Source: an uncultured Verrucomicrobiae bacterium (GTDB lineage: Bacteria; Verrucomicrobiota; Verrucomicrobiia; Chthoniobacterales; UBA10450). Taken from it: a stretch of DNA of 64,000 nt. The stretch lies in assembly GCA_963834385.1 (NCBI GenBank), contig CAWIBO010000002.1:640001-704000 (forward strand). Reading direction: 5' to 3'. Every line of letters begins with the position of its first letter. Within the stretch, counting starts at the first letter, position 1. Positions 27,602 to 37,796 of this stretch are shown one piece after another. Both the position numbers and the translations under genes were made by a program. The notes beneath the pieces are model-generated. The model was given only the letters and a program-made list of their open reading frames with translations. It did no database searches and had not been told where the DNA came from.

Positions 27602-30600
27602 CAACTGCGGCGGACCTCGAGCTGGCGGCGCAGGACGTACTGCAGCAGAACAAGCGGCCCGAGCACGGACCCGAGGAGGACGAAAGTGTTGAAGGTGAAG
27701 ATTCCGATCTTGAAGGTCCGTTCCTTCCCGAACCACGTCCCAAGCGAGTAGGTCTTCTCGCTCCCGAAGAAAACGTTCGGTTCCCCGCCGCGGCGATAAT
27801 CCTTCTGCTCCATCTCCGCATTCGAGATCAGGTCGGAGATCTTCTGGTTCACGTAGAGGCGCTCCGCCGAAACCGGCCCGACCGCCTCCTCGAAAAGCTG
27901 GCGATCAAAGGCCCGTTCGCCGTCGAGAATCCGGTCGATGGTGACAAGATATGGTTCGATTTGCCGACCCGATTGCGCCTCCAGACCGAAGAGGATGGCG
28001 AGGATACCCTTCAGATCGTCAAGGCGCTGGGCCTGCTCCCGGCGGAGCTGGTTATCGGAGGCAATCCGGTCGATTTCGCGCTGGGCCCGTTCCTGCCGGC
28101 GGGTCAGGGGGTTTAACTTGGCATGGGCCACGATCATTTCCTCGTAGGACCAGCGCATGGCGATGAACTGGCAGACCAACGGCACCTCCAGCCGGCTGCT
28201 CATCTTTTTACCCTGTTCTTCCGTCGGGTTTTCGGAGAACCAGCGCGAAAAGGTGTAGATGAGCGCGAGGTTGCGGTTCATGTCCTCGTACTTGATCAGC
28301 GCGCCGCCCATGATGATCTGCGGAATCAGGACCAGGGGGACGATGTTGGCCGCCGTTTTCGGGTCGGCCACGAGTGAGGAGACCAGGAGGCCGAGCGAGA
28401 CGCCGCTCATGGCCGTGAGGAACATGATGGCCAGATCGATCCAGAACATGCCGCGGATCTGCAGGAGATAATTGCCGATCAGGACAAAGAGAACGCACTG
28501 GGCCAGGGCAAAGACCGCCAGGGAAACGGTTTTCGCGATGACGTAATAGGACAGACGCACATTCAGGTTGCGTTCCCGGTTCAGGACCGGCCGGTCGCGG
28601 ATGATATCGTCCGCGCTGTTCGTCAGCCCGAGGAACATGGCCACGATCAAGGCAAGAAAAAGATAGGTCGGGATATGGTAGGCCGAGGCAAAGTCGTATC
28701 TCCCGCTGTCGGAATAGCGCAGGATGGTGGCGATGAGCAGCGCCAGGACCGGGGCAACCCCGATGGTGATGCCGAGGTTGGCCCGGTTGCGCAGCTTGCT
28801 CATGAAAGCCCGCCGCATGAGCGTGCGGAATTGCGTCCACTCGTCGTGCCAGCGCACGGAACTGAGCCGCCGCTTCCTCGGCGCCGGCGCCGGCGCCTGC
28901 GTCATGGTGCTCTCGCGCCGGAGCGAGACCTGCTTCACATCCTGGATCAGCCGGAAGGCCTCGTATTTGTCGCGCCAGAACTCGGGGGAATAACGGCGGG
29001 CCGGGACCAGTTGCCCGCGATTGTTCTCCTCATAGATGATGTCGCCGCTGAGATCGCGCAAGGGCGTCTCCAGCACGTCAAAAATGAACTCGGGGCGGGT
29101 CGTGCCACAGGCGGGGCAGGCCCCGAGGTCCGCGCCGAACTGGTGCTGATGCTCCGCCTCCGCGAAATAGCGCAGCATCTCCGTGGGGGTGCCGAAGAAG
29201 ACCAGCCGCCCGCCCTTGTCGAGCAGGACCGCCTTGTGAAACATCTGGAAGAGTTTTGAGCTCGGCTGGTGAATGACGACGATAACAATCTTGTTGTGCG
29301 CCATCCCGCGGATGATCTCGATGACGTGCTCGGAATCCTTCGAGGAAAGACCTGAGGTCGGCTCGTCAAACAGGTAGATGTCGGAGGAGCCGATCATGTC
29401 GAGGCCGATATTGAGCCGTTTTCGCTCGCCGCCGCTGAGCGTTTTCTTGACCGGGCTGCCGACAATGCTGTCGCGGCGTTCGCTCAAGCCCAGCTCGATC
29501 AGCTTGCTGTCGAGACGCCGGTTCCGATCGCGGCGGGAAAGGTGGGGCGAGCGGATGGCGGCCGCGAAATGGAGGTTCTCCGCGATGGTCAGGTGCTCGT
29601 CGAAGGCGTCCTCCTGCGGGATGTAGCTGATGTAACGCTTCAGATCGTCGAGATTGCCATAAAGCGACTGTCCGTTCAGGAGGACCTGGCCGCCGCTGGG
29701 CTGCAATTGCCCGCCGACCACCTTCAGGAGCGTGCTTTTGCCCGAGCCGCTCGCGCCCATGACGCAGACCATTTCCCCGCGGCTCAAGGCCATGGAAATG
29801 CTGTCGAGACCCAGCTCGTTGTTGGAAAACCGGTGGCTGATGTCATTCAGCTCCAGGCTGCGGATGATGTTCCGCTCCTCCTCGATGATCCGCTCGGAAA
29901 AGTTGCAGCGAAGAAACTGGCCGACATCGATCCGGATGGTGTCGCCATCCGCGAGTGGGGCGGAGGTGCGCACCGAATTCTCCCCCACCATGATGGGCCG
30001 GTCGGCCTCGACCACTTCCAGCACCCCGATGCGCTGATCGTAGTCGCACGAGATCTTGAGCAGGACGTCGCCGCTCGTTCCCGGCGAAAGCAAAATGTCG
30101 TCCTCGCCGAGCAGGCTCGGATTGTTGGAAACCAGATACTCGGACTTGCTGGCCTTGAGCTGGAAACGGCCGCCGAGGGCGCGGGCGCGCCGCCGGAGAT
30201 CGAGCAGGTCCATTTCGCTGCCGCTCTTGAAGATGATCCGGTCGTCGAGGGTGGCTTCGACCTCGCGGCCCGAGCGCAGCTCGATGCCGTTGAGGCTGGC
30301 CGCCACCGGCCGCAGCGCTTTCACTTTGACCTTCAGGCCAAAGGTCACCTCGAGGGAACTCTCGCGCGAGCGTGAGCGCTCCAGTTCCACCTCGTCCGCG
30401 TCGCGGTTCACCCGCACGAAGATCTGCGGGAGCGAAACGTTCTTCTTGGCGTTGAAATAGGCCGCGAGTTCCTGGTAGGTCAGGACCTGGTCGCCCACGA
30501 GGATGCGCTGGCCGGGATAGATCCGGCAAAAGCCGCCGCGGGCCAGCGGACGGCCCCGCACGGAAACAGGCTGGTCACTGTAGTTCTTGAGCAGGATCAG

Positions 30601-31245
30601 GTCGTGATACCGGAAGGCGAGGAGCCGGTCGTTTCCCTGCAACGACTTGACCAGGACATCGGCGGCTCCATTCGGCCCGAAGGAGATCGACTCGAGCGGG
30701 GACGCGCCCCTTTGGTAGATCGAGGGATCGGATTCCTCGGAGGCATTCAGCTGGTAGACGATGTCGATCGCCTGCGCCGCCATGCCGAGCTGCGACATGA
30801 AAGAGTAGAACTGGACGACCTGTTCCTGCTTCAGTCCGGCCTGGGAAATCAGGTCGTAAAGCTGCACGCCGAGCATGATCTTGCGGTCGGCGCTCAATTG
30901 CGTGGCCAGCTTTTGCGCCATCGCGGAAAGATCCTGCTGCTCGTAGAGCGCCTGCCGGAAAAGCTTGCGCAGCTCGGAGTAAACCGCCTCCGGGTAGTCA
31001 TACCGCAGGAACCCGAGGCTCGAGTCGATCTCCTCCTCCAGCAGGACGCCATCCGCCTTGGAAAATCCGGCCAGCACCTGGATCAGGAGAGGGAGCAGAT
31101 TCGGGCTCTCGGAGACGCTCCGCGGTTTGCGCAAGGCGCGCCGAAGCAGGCGCCGGCCCGTGCGACGAAAGCGGTACGCCAGCGGCGTCACCTTCTGCAC
31201 AGCGCGGTCGATTCTGTCGGCGACGGTTGTGACCAGCTCAGTCAT
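27601..31245 (-). CDS. Large ABCG-type transporter: TerB-like domain, FHA-like repeats, ATPase and permease in one polypeptide
   Basis: SKADG..EEEI N-terminal domain; GASGSGKS, LSGGERKR, LFDEPTSGL, IHQP; about six C-terminal TM helices. Confidence 0.88.
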   Translation of the reverse strand: MTELVTTVADRIDRAVQKVTPLAYRFRRTGRRLLRRALRKPRSVSESPNLLPLLIQVLAGFSKADGVLLEEEIDSSLGFLRYDYPEAVYSELRKLFRQALYEQQDLSAMAQKLATQLSADRKIMLGVQLYDLISQAGLKQEQVVQFYSFMSQLGMAAQAIDIVYQLNASEESDPSIYQRGASPLESISFGPNGAADVLVKSLQGNDRLLAFRYHDLILLKNYSDQPVSVRGRPLARGGFCRIYPGQRILVGDQVLTYQELAAYFNAKKNVSLPQIFVRVNRDADEVELERSRSRESSLEVTFGLKVKVKALRPVAASLNGIELRSGREVEATLDDRIIFKSGSEMDLLDLRRRARALGGRFQLKASKSEYLVSNNPSLLGEDDILLSPGTSGDVLLKISCDYDQRIGVLEVVEADRPIMVGENSVRTSAPLADGDTIRIDVGQFLRCNFSERIIEEERNIIRSLELNDISHRFSNNELGLDSISMALSRGEMVCVMGASGSGKSTLLKVVGGQLQPSGGQVLLNGQSLYGNLDDLKRYISYIPQEDAFDEHLTIAENLHFAAAIRSPHLSRRDRNRRLDSKLIELGLSERRDSIVGSPVKKTLSGGERKRLNIGLDMIGSSDIYLFDEPTSGLSSKDSEHVIEIIRGMAHNKIVIVVIHQPSSKLFQMFHKAVLLDKGGRLVFFGTPTEMLRYFAEAEHQHQFGADLGACPACGTTRPEFIFDVLETPLRDLSGDIIYEENNRGQLVPARRYSPEFWRDKYEAFRLIQDVKQVSLRRESTMTQAPAPAPRKRRLSSVRWHDEWTQFRTLMRRAFMSKLRNRANLGITIGVAPVLALLIATILRYSDSGRYDFASAYHIPTYLFLALIVAMFLGLTNSADDIIRDRPVLNRERNLNVRLSYYVIAKTVSLAVFALAQCVLFVLIGNYLLQIRGMFWIDLAIMFLTAMSGVSLGLLVSSLVADPKTAANIVPLVLIPQIIMGGALIKYEDMNRNLALIYTFSRWFSENPTEEQGKKMSSRLEVPLVCQFIAMRWSYEEMIVAHAKLNPLTRRQERAQREIDRIASDNQLRREQAQRLDDLKGILAILFGLEAQSGRQIEPYLVTIDRILDGERAFDRQLFEEAVGPVSAERLYVNQKISDLISNAEMEQKDYRRGGEPNVFFGSEKTYSLGTWFGKERTFKIGIFTFNTFVLLGSVLGPLVLLQYVLRRQLEVRRS

Positions 31246-31357
31246 GGATCAGGGCAGGCAAGGTTACCGCATGCGGGCTCTCCCGGCAACGAAGGGGCCA
31301 CCTGCGCCACCGCCACGAACTTCGCCCGCAGCCCCTCTCCGGCGCGCCCCCTGCTCT

Positions 31358-31386
31358 TTGCAATGGCAAACCCCGCATGTTAGCGT
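31358..31386 (+). promoter_or_regulatory. Putative promoter of ftsH
   Basis: TTGCAA-17 nt-TAGCGT with an extended -10 TG. Confidence 0.5.
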
Positions 31387-31419
31387 TTCCGACTCGCCCG
31401 TTACCGGGCCCCAACTGCC

Positions 31420-33462
31420 ATGGCATCACCCGATCGTAATTCCCCGAAAGAGAACCGGCCCCGCGGCTCCGAGCCCAGTTTCAACTGGCGCGGCGTCATC
31501 CTTGTCGCCATCGCCATCGGCCTTTTCGCGCTTGCCCTGCTCGTCCGCAACAGTGGCTCGGTCAACCAGGAGGTTCTGCCTTACAACCGTTTCCTCGAGC
31601 TGCTGGAGAACAAGCAGATCGTCAACGATCCGGCCAAGCCGCTCCAGCTCGTGGTCGAGGAAGGCCGCCCGGTCCAGTCCTTGCGCGGCGAATACATCAA
31701 GCAGGGGAGCAGTTCCGCCCCCTCCCAGCAGGTGCCTTTCCGCACCGTGGTTTACCTCAATTTCACCTCCGACCTCGAGGAACGTCTCGCCAGCGCCGGC
31801 ATCCAGCCAAACATCATCGTCGAGTCCACCAGCGTCATCACCCAGACCCTGATGAGCTTCCTGCCCATCGCGCTCTTCCTTCTCGTGCTCTACTTCCTTT
31901 TCCGGCAGCAGATCCGGATGGCCGGCAAGGGAGCGCTCAACTTCGGCAAATCGAAGGCGCGCATGCTCGCCCGCGACAAAAACAAGATCACCTTCCGTGA
32001 TGTCGCCGGCGTCGAGGAGGCCAAGGACGAGGTCCAGGAACTGGTCGAGTTCCTGCGTGACCCGAAAAAATTCCAAAAACTCGGCGGCCGCATCCCCAAG
32101 GGCGTTCTCCTGGTCGGCCCCCCCGGCACGGGCAAGACGCTCCTGGCCCGCGCCATCGCCGGCGAAGCCGATGTGCCTTTCTTCTCCATCAGCGGCTCCG
32201 ACTTCGTGGAGATGTTTGTCGGCGTCGGCGCCAGCCGCGTGCGCGACATGTTTGAGCAGGGCAAGAAATCGGCCCCCTGCATCATTTTCATCGACGAGAT
32301 CGACGCGGTCGGCCGCCATCGCGGCCATGGGGTCGGCGGCGGGCACGACGAGCGCGAACAGACCCTGAACGCGCTGCTGGTCGAGATGGACGGTTTCGAC
32401 ACCCAGGAAGGCGTCATCATCATCGCCGCGACGAACCGTCCTGACGTGCTCGACCCGGCATTGCTGCGCCCCGGCCGGTTTGATCGCCAGATCACGGTGA
32501 ATTTGCCGGACGTGAAGGGGCGCGAGGAAATCCTGCGCGTGCACTCCAAAAAAGTGAAGCTGGCCGAGGGCGTTGATCTTGCCGTGGTCGCGCGTGGCAC
32601 GCCCGGCTACTCGGGCGCGGAACTGGCCAACGTCATCAACGAGGCCGCCCTGCTGGCGGCGCGCCGCGGCCTCAAGGGCATCACCCTGCGCGAGCTCGAA
32701 GAAGCCCGCGACAAGGTCCGCTGGGGCAAGGAACGCCGCAGCCTGGCCCTGAGCGAGAAGGAGAAAACGAACACCGCCTACCACGAGGCCGGGCACGCCC
32801 TCCTGCTCGAGCTGCTGCCGCACACGGAGCCGCTGCACAAGGTCACCATCATCCCGCGCGGTCCCTCGCTCGGCTCCACCATGTGGCTCCCGGAGGAAGA
32901 CAAGTACACCAACCGCAAAAATGAGCTGCTGGCCAGCCTCGCCGTGAAAATGGGCGGCCGCGTCGCGGAAGAGATCATCTTCGGCGACGTCACCAACGGC
33001 GCCAGCGGCGACATCAAGATGGCGACCAACGTGGCCCGTCGCATGGTCTGCGAATGGGGCATGAGCGAAAAAATGGGCATGGTCGAGTACGGCGAGCATG
33101 AGGATTACGTCTTCCTCGGGCGCGATATTTCCCGGGCGCGCGATTACAGCGAGGCCACCGCGGAGGAGATCGACCGCGAAGTGCGAAAGCTGCTCGACGA
33201 CGCCTACACCAAGGCCACGGAGGTGCTGACCGAGCACCGGACACACCTCGAGGCGATTGCGAAGGCGCTGCTCGAGTACGAGACTCTCGACGGTGCGCAG
33301 ATCAAGGAAATCATCGAGCACGGGCGATTGCTGAACCCGCCGCCGGGACCGCCGCCTACTTCTGGCAAGACCATGCCGGCGGAGAAGCCGCCGAAACAGG
33401 TCGTGGTCGCGCCCGATGTGAACCCGCCGCTCCCCGGCGGACTCAGCGGGGCGCCCGCTTAA
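31420..33462 (+). CDS. ftsH: ATP-dependent zinc metalloprotease FtsH
   Basis: Two TM helices, [15 protein letters not shown] (LLRPGRFDR), HEAGH. Confidence 0.98.
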   Translation: MASPDRNSPKENRPRGSEPSFNWRGVILVAIAIGLFALALLVRNSGSVNQEVLPYNRFLELLENKQIVNDPAKPLQLVVEEGRPVQSLRGEYIKQGSSSAPSQQVPFRTVVYLNFTSDLEERLASAGIQPNIIVESTSVITQTLMSFLPIALFLLVLYFLFRQQIRMAGKGALNFGKSKARMLARDKNKITFRDVAGVEEAKDEVQELVEFLRDPKKFQKLGGRIPKGVLLVGPPGTGKTLLARAIAGEADVPFFSISGSDFVEMFVGVGASRVRDMFEQGKKSAPCIIFIDEIDAVGRHRGHGVGGGHDEREQTLNALLVEMDGFDTQEGVIIIAATNRPDVLDPALLRPGRFDRQITVNLPDVKGREEILRVHSKKVKLAEGVDLAVVARGTPGYSGAELANVINEAALLAARRGLKGITLRELEEARDKVRWGKERRSLALSEKEKTNTAYHEAGHALLLELLPHTEPLHKVTIIPRGPSLGSTMWLPEEDKYTNRKNELLASLAVKMGGRVAEEIIFGDVTNGASGDIKMATNVARRMVCEWGMSEKMGMVEYGEHEDYVFLGRDISRARDYSEATAEEIDREVRKLLDDAYTKATEVLTEHRTHLEAIAKALLEYETLDGAQIKEIIEHGRLLNPPPGPPPTSGKTMPAEKPPKQVVVAPDVNPPLPGGLSGAPA

Positions 33463-33500
33463 CCAGGCCCCACCCCCACGGGCTCCCGGCCCCGCACGTC

Positions 33501-33809
33501 ATGGACACGCTTCACTCCGTTTTGCTGGCCGGCGCCATCGGTGCGCTCTCCCTGGGTGTCGTCGTCTTCGCCCTGCGGCGCTGGACCACCTTCCACTCCG
33601 AGCGGAATTGGCGAAAGCTGCTCGCCGTGGCCGCGCTCGGCCTCGACCTTGCCGCCGCCTTCATCCACTTCCTCCACACGCATGGACCGGCCGGTCCCGC
33701 CGCCATGAGCTTCCCGGGGTTTCTCCGCGACCATCCCGCCTTCGCGATCGTGGCCCTTCTGGCCGTCGCCCTCTTCTTCACCGCCGGACGGCCCCGGCCC
33801 CGCTTGTAA
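33501..33809 (+). CDS. Hypothetical membrane protein (3 TM)
   Basis: Three hydrophobic segments; fills the gap after ftsH. Confidence 0.55.
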   Translation: MDTLHSVLLAGAIGALSLGVVVFALRRWTTFHSERNWRKLLAVAALGLDLAAAFIHFLHTHGPAGPAAMSFPGFLRDHPAFAIVALLAVALFFTAGRPRPRL

Positions 33810-33834
33810 CCGAGGGCGAGGATAAGCCCCGCGC

Positions 33835-34395
33835 CTAGATGCGCGGCCCGCCGGTGTTGACCACGTGGACGGTGCTGGCCTGCGGCCCCATTTCGCCATG
33901 GGACTCGTCGTAGCGCACCTCCATCCCGACCTTCAGTTCCTCGAAGGACATGCCGACCACGGCATTGCGATGGAAGTAGACATCGGTCCCCATGAATCCG
34001 GTGATGAAGCCGTAATCGGCGAAAAGCTTGGCGATGAGCGCGCGCGGCTCGGCATGCGTCTTCACCTCATGCCGCTGGCGTTCGGCGAGCTCCTTCACCT
34101 GCCGCTCCATGTTCTTGAAAGCGTCGTTGATCACCTTGCTCAACGGTTCGTGCATTTCGTGCTCGTTTTGCCTCTCGTCCGCCACCAGCTCGTGCCCCGG
34201 CGGCACCGTCACGTCCACCCGCACCCGAAACGGGTTGCCGGAATGCTGCGCTTGGTTGGGACGCTCCACCGCCACGTCGCACCGACTGACGTGGTCACAA
34301 AAGCGGTCGAGGCGGGCCGCCTTGGTCCGGATGAGCTGATCGATGTCTTCCGTTTTTTCGACACCGCGGTAGGTCACGTTCACAGGCAGTTGCAT
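33835..34395 (-). CDS. HPF/RaiA ribosome-associated protein fused to a cold-shock domain
   Basis: MQLPVNVTYR..RLDRF..VTVPPG..INDAF; C-terminal YGFI..VYFHRNAV..GPQASTV. Confidence 0.88.
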   Translation of the reverse strand: MQLPVNVTYRGVEKTEDIDQLIRTKAARLDRFCDHVSRCDVAVERPNQAQHSGNPFRVRVDVTVPPGHELVADERQNEHEMHEPLSKVINDAFKNMERQVKELAERQRHEVKTHAEPRALIAKLFADYGFITGFMGTDVYFHRNAVVGMSFEELKVGMEVRYDESHGEMGPQASTVHVVNTGGPRI

Positions 34396-34444
34396 GCGCC
34401 TTAACCTAGCTGATTCCCCTTCCCGACCAACTTTTTCGTCCCGC

Positions 34445-34912
34445 TCACAGCGGCTGGAGCGAGCGAAAATGCGATGAGAGCTTGCTCGGCTCGATCTTGA
34501 CCAGGTCTGAATGGACGTGTTCGACAATCCGATTGCGCGCTGCCGCCGGGATCAGGTCGACGATGGCTGCATGAATGGCCGACGGGGCGGCAAACGACCA
34601 GCCCTGCGGTTTCTCATCCTCGACGATCCGGCCGATGTTTTCCGCCAGGTCCTTCAGGATCCGCCGGTCGATCTCGCTCTCGATGCCCTGCCGCTCCGCC
34701 ATCGCGTTCATATGATGCCCCCCGTTTGCCCCCGGCGCGCTCGGAAAACGGCCGGCCTGGTCCGTCAGCTTTTCGTTGTAACGCCCGTGCGCGTCGGTGA
34801 TATCGAACGCCTTGACCATCTGGAGCGAGGGCCCGCGGTTGGGCGTTTCGTTTACTTTGTAGGCTTTCAGGCTGCCACGGTCAGCCACCACAATCAGTGA
34901 AGTTGGTGTCAT
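34445..34912 (-). CDS. Host-attachment / baeRF12 family protein
   Basis: LIVVADRG, TDQAGRF, FAAP, DLVK pattern. Confidence 0.78.
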   Translation of the reverse strand: MTPTSLIVVADRGSLKAYKVNETPNRGPSLQMVKAFDITDAHGRYNEKLTDQAGRFPSAPGANGGHHMNAMAERQGIESEIDRRILKDLAENIGRIVEDEKPQGWSFAAPSAIHAAIVDLIPAAARNRIVEHVHSDLVKIEPSKLSSHFRSLQPL

Positions 34913-34944
34913 AATCTTTTTTCACAGACGCGCGCGCCACAGCC

Positions 34945-34959
34945 GCACGGGTGATGCCA
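34945..34959 (-). promoter_or_regulatory. Putative sigma54 -24/-12 promoter
   Basis: TGGCATCACCCGTGC with exact GG-N10-GC spacing, 32 nt upstream of the baeRF12 ATG. Confidence 0.5.
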
Positions 34960-35033
34960 CAATCACCAACCAAAAATCGCATCTGGCAACGTCTTTGCGC
35001 CTGCGACTTTTTCCGGCCACCGCGGCCCACGCG

Positions 35034-37263
35034 CTATTTCCGCTTTTTCTTTTCCGGTTCGCCGCCATTGTGCGGCAACCGCACCTCACGCTTCTTCCAC
35101 GACTCCTGCCGCGCCTGGGACTGCGCGCCCGCGCTCAGACGGAGCAGGCAGACCGCCCGGCCGCCGACTTCCGCATCGTCCCCCGAGGGCAGATGAGACG
35201 GTTCCGGCAGAAAACCGGATTCCGTCACGGTGTCGAGGATCAGATCCCAGACGAGTCCCTCCTGGCCCGGGAGGCGAAAGGGCACCGGCTCGTAATGGGC
35301 GTTGATAAGAAGAAGAAAGGTTTCATCACGGATCGGGGTGCCCTCGAAGCTCGAGCACGTCGATCGAATCACCGCTCAGGAGCATGCCGAGGCTGCGGAC
35401 AAAAGGCGATGTCCACTCCTCGTCGGTCATTTCGTTCCCGCCCGGGTTGAACCACATTACATCCTTGATCTCCGAGCCGCGGATTCGGCGTCCCTGGAAA
35501 AATTTCGGCCGGCGAAAGACCGGATGATCGCGGCGAAAAGCAATCAACTGCCGGGTAAACTGGAGGAGCTGCTCCTGTTCCTCCGTTCGTTCCCAGCTCA
35601 GCCAGCTCAGTTCGTTGTCCTGGCAGTAGGCGTTGTTGTTCCCGTCCTGCGTCCGGGCGAACTCATCGCCTGCCGTCAGCATCGGCACGCCCTGCGAGAG
35701 AAAGAGGGTGGTGAGAAAATTGCGCCGCTGCTGCGCCCGGAGCTGTTTGATCTCGGGGTCATCCGTAGGCCCCTCTTCGCCGCAGTTCCACGAATGGTTG
35801 TTGTTGTCGCCGTCGTTATTCCCCTCGCCATTGGCCTCGTTGTGCTTGTCGTTGTAACTCACGAGATCGTTCAGGGTGAAACCATCGTGCGCGGTGATGA
35901 AGTTCACGCTCGCATACGGCCGGCGGCCACTGTGCTGGTAGAGATCGGGACTCCCGGTCAGGCGATAGGCCACTTCGCCGATACGACCCTCGTCCCCCTT
36001 CCAGAAACTGCGTATCGCGTCCCGGTATTTTCCGTTCCATTCCGCCCAGAGCACGGGAAAATTGCCGACCTGGTAACCGCCCTCGCCCACGTCCCACGGC
36101 TCCGCGATCAGTTTCGTCTGCGAGAGGACGGGATCCTGGTGAATGATCTCGAAGAAAGCGTGCAGCTTGTTCACTCCCTGATGGTCCCGGGCCAGGGTCG
36201 AGGCCAGGTCGAACCGGAACCCGTCCACGTGCATTTCCAGGACCCAATAGCGCAGGGAATCCATCACCATCTGCAGGGTACGCGAATTGAGCAGGTTCAG
36301 GGTGTTCCCCGTCCCGGTAAAATCCATGTAAAACCGCGGATCCTGCGGCGAGAGCCGGTAATAGGCGTGATTATCGATCCCCCGAAAGCAGAGGGTCGGC
36401 CCGAGATGATTTCCCTCCGCGGTATGGTTGTAGACGACGTCGAGAATCACCTCGAGCCCGGCGGCGTGCAGGTTCCGCACCATGGTTTTGAACTCCGTCA
36501 CCTGCCCGCCCCGCTCGTCACTGGCGGCATAATCGGCCTGCGGCGCAAAGAACCCTATGGTGTTGTAGCCCCAGTAATTCGTCAGGCCGCGGTCGATCAG
36601 CACCTTGTCGTCCACGTGCGCGTGCACCGGCAGCAACTCGACCGCCGTCACCCCAAGCTTCTTGAAATACTCGATCGCCGCGGGACTCCCCAGCCCGGCA
36701 TAGGTCCCCCTGATCTCCGCCGGCACTTCCGGGCAGAGCTTGGTGAAACCCTTCACGTGCGTCTCGTAAATGACGGATTGATGCAGCGGGATGCGCGGAA
36801 GCTTGTCGTCGCCCCAGTCAAAGGCATTATCAATCACCACCGACTTCGGCATGCCCCAGGCGTCGTTCCGGAAATCGCGCGCGAGATCCTCGTGCGGGCC
36901 GCCCACGACGTAACCAAACATGTCGTCCGCCCAGTTGATCTCACCCGCAATCGCCTTCGCATACGGATCCAGCAGCAGTTTTGAACTGTTGAAGCGCATG
37001 CCCCGCTCCGGATCGTAGGGGCCGGTCACCCGGTAGCCGTAGAGCTGGCCGGGGCGGACATCGGGCAGGAAGACATGCCACACCTGGTCGGTGTGCTCCG
37101 TCATCGGGATGCGGATGTTTTCCTGCGGCGCATCCACCGAATCAAAAAGGCAGAGATCGACCGAAGTGGCCGCGTGGGAAAATAGCGCGAAATTAACGCC
37201 GTGGCCGAGCCAGGTGGCGCCAAGCGGATAAGGAAAGCCAAGCCAGATTTTTACCGGTGTCAT
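35034..37263 (-). CDS. glgX: Glycogen debranching enzyme (frameshift near 35345)
   Basis: [52 protein letters not shown]. Confidence 0.95.
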
Positions 37264-37348
37264 GTGCGAGCGGTTCTATGCTCTACGCGCCTGCCCGGCG
37301 CAATGGTTCCGGAAAAAAGCGCGTGTCTTTTTGCTGTTTCGCGGGCCG

Positions 37349-37522
37349 TCAGGCCGCCGGCTTGTCCGGGCTGACCACGTCCCGCCACTCCGCGGGCAGA
37401 GGATCGATCTCGAGACGACGCGAGGACTGTTCCCGCGCCATTTCAGCCGCCCGGGCGAGCCCGACCACCACCACAAAGGTCACGATCAGGCCCAGAAGAA
37501 AAATGGCGATGAGGTAATCCAT
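37349..37522 (-). CDS. Small single-TM hypothetical protein
   Basis: MDYLIAIFLLGLIVTFVVVVGL...; starts 2 nt after the upstream stop. Confidence 0.6.
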   Translation of the reverse strand: MDYLIAIFLLGLIVTFVVVVGLARAAEMAREQSSRRLEIDPLPAEWRDVVSPDKPAA

Positions 37523-37524
37523 GG

Positions 37525-37719
37525 TCAGGGTTTTCGCCGAAGTTCCTGCGCCTGGGCGAGAAGGACCACGCGCACGCCCACCCAGAGGGCGAGAATGCTC
37601 GGGACCCAGAGCCCCACGAAAAGACCGTAATCCCGGTTGACCAGGAACCACAGGGCAATGCTGAAAATGAAACTGATGAAAGTGGCGATGAGAAAGGGAT
37701 AATCAACTTTGGTGAACAT
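37525..37719 (-). CDS. Small two-TM hypothetical protein
   Basis: GLFVGLWVPSIL motif; two hydrophobic helices. Confidence 0.7.
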   Translation of the reverse strand: MFTKVDYPFLIATFISFIFSIALWFLVNRDYGLFVGLWVPSILALWVGVRVVLLAQAQELRRKP

Positions 37720-37796
37720 GACTTATAACTACGCTACGGGCGGGCGGCAGGGCGAGACGCCATTTCCCCGTTTTCTCCGCGCCGGGCGTGCCTTGC

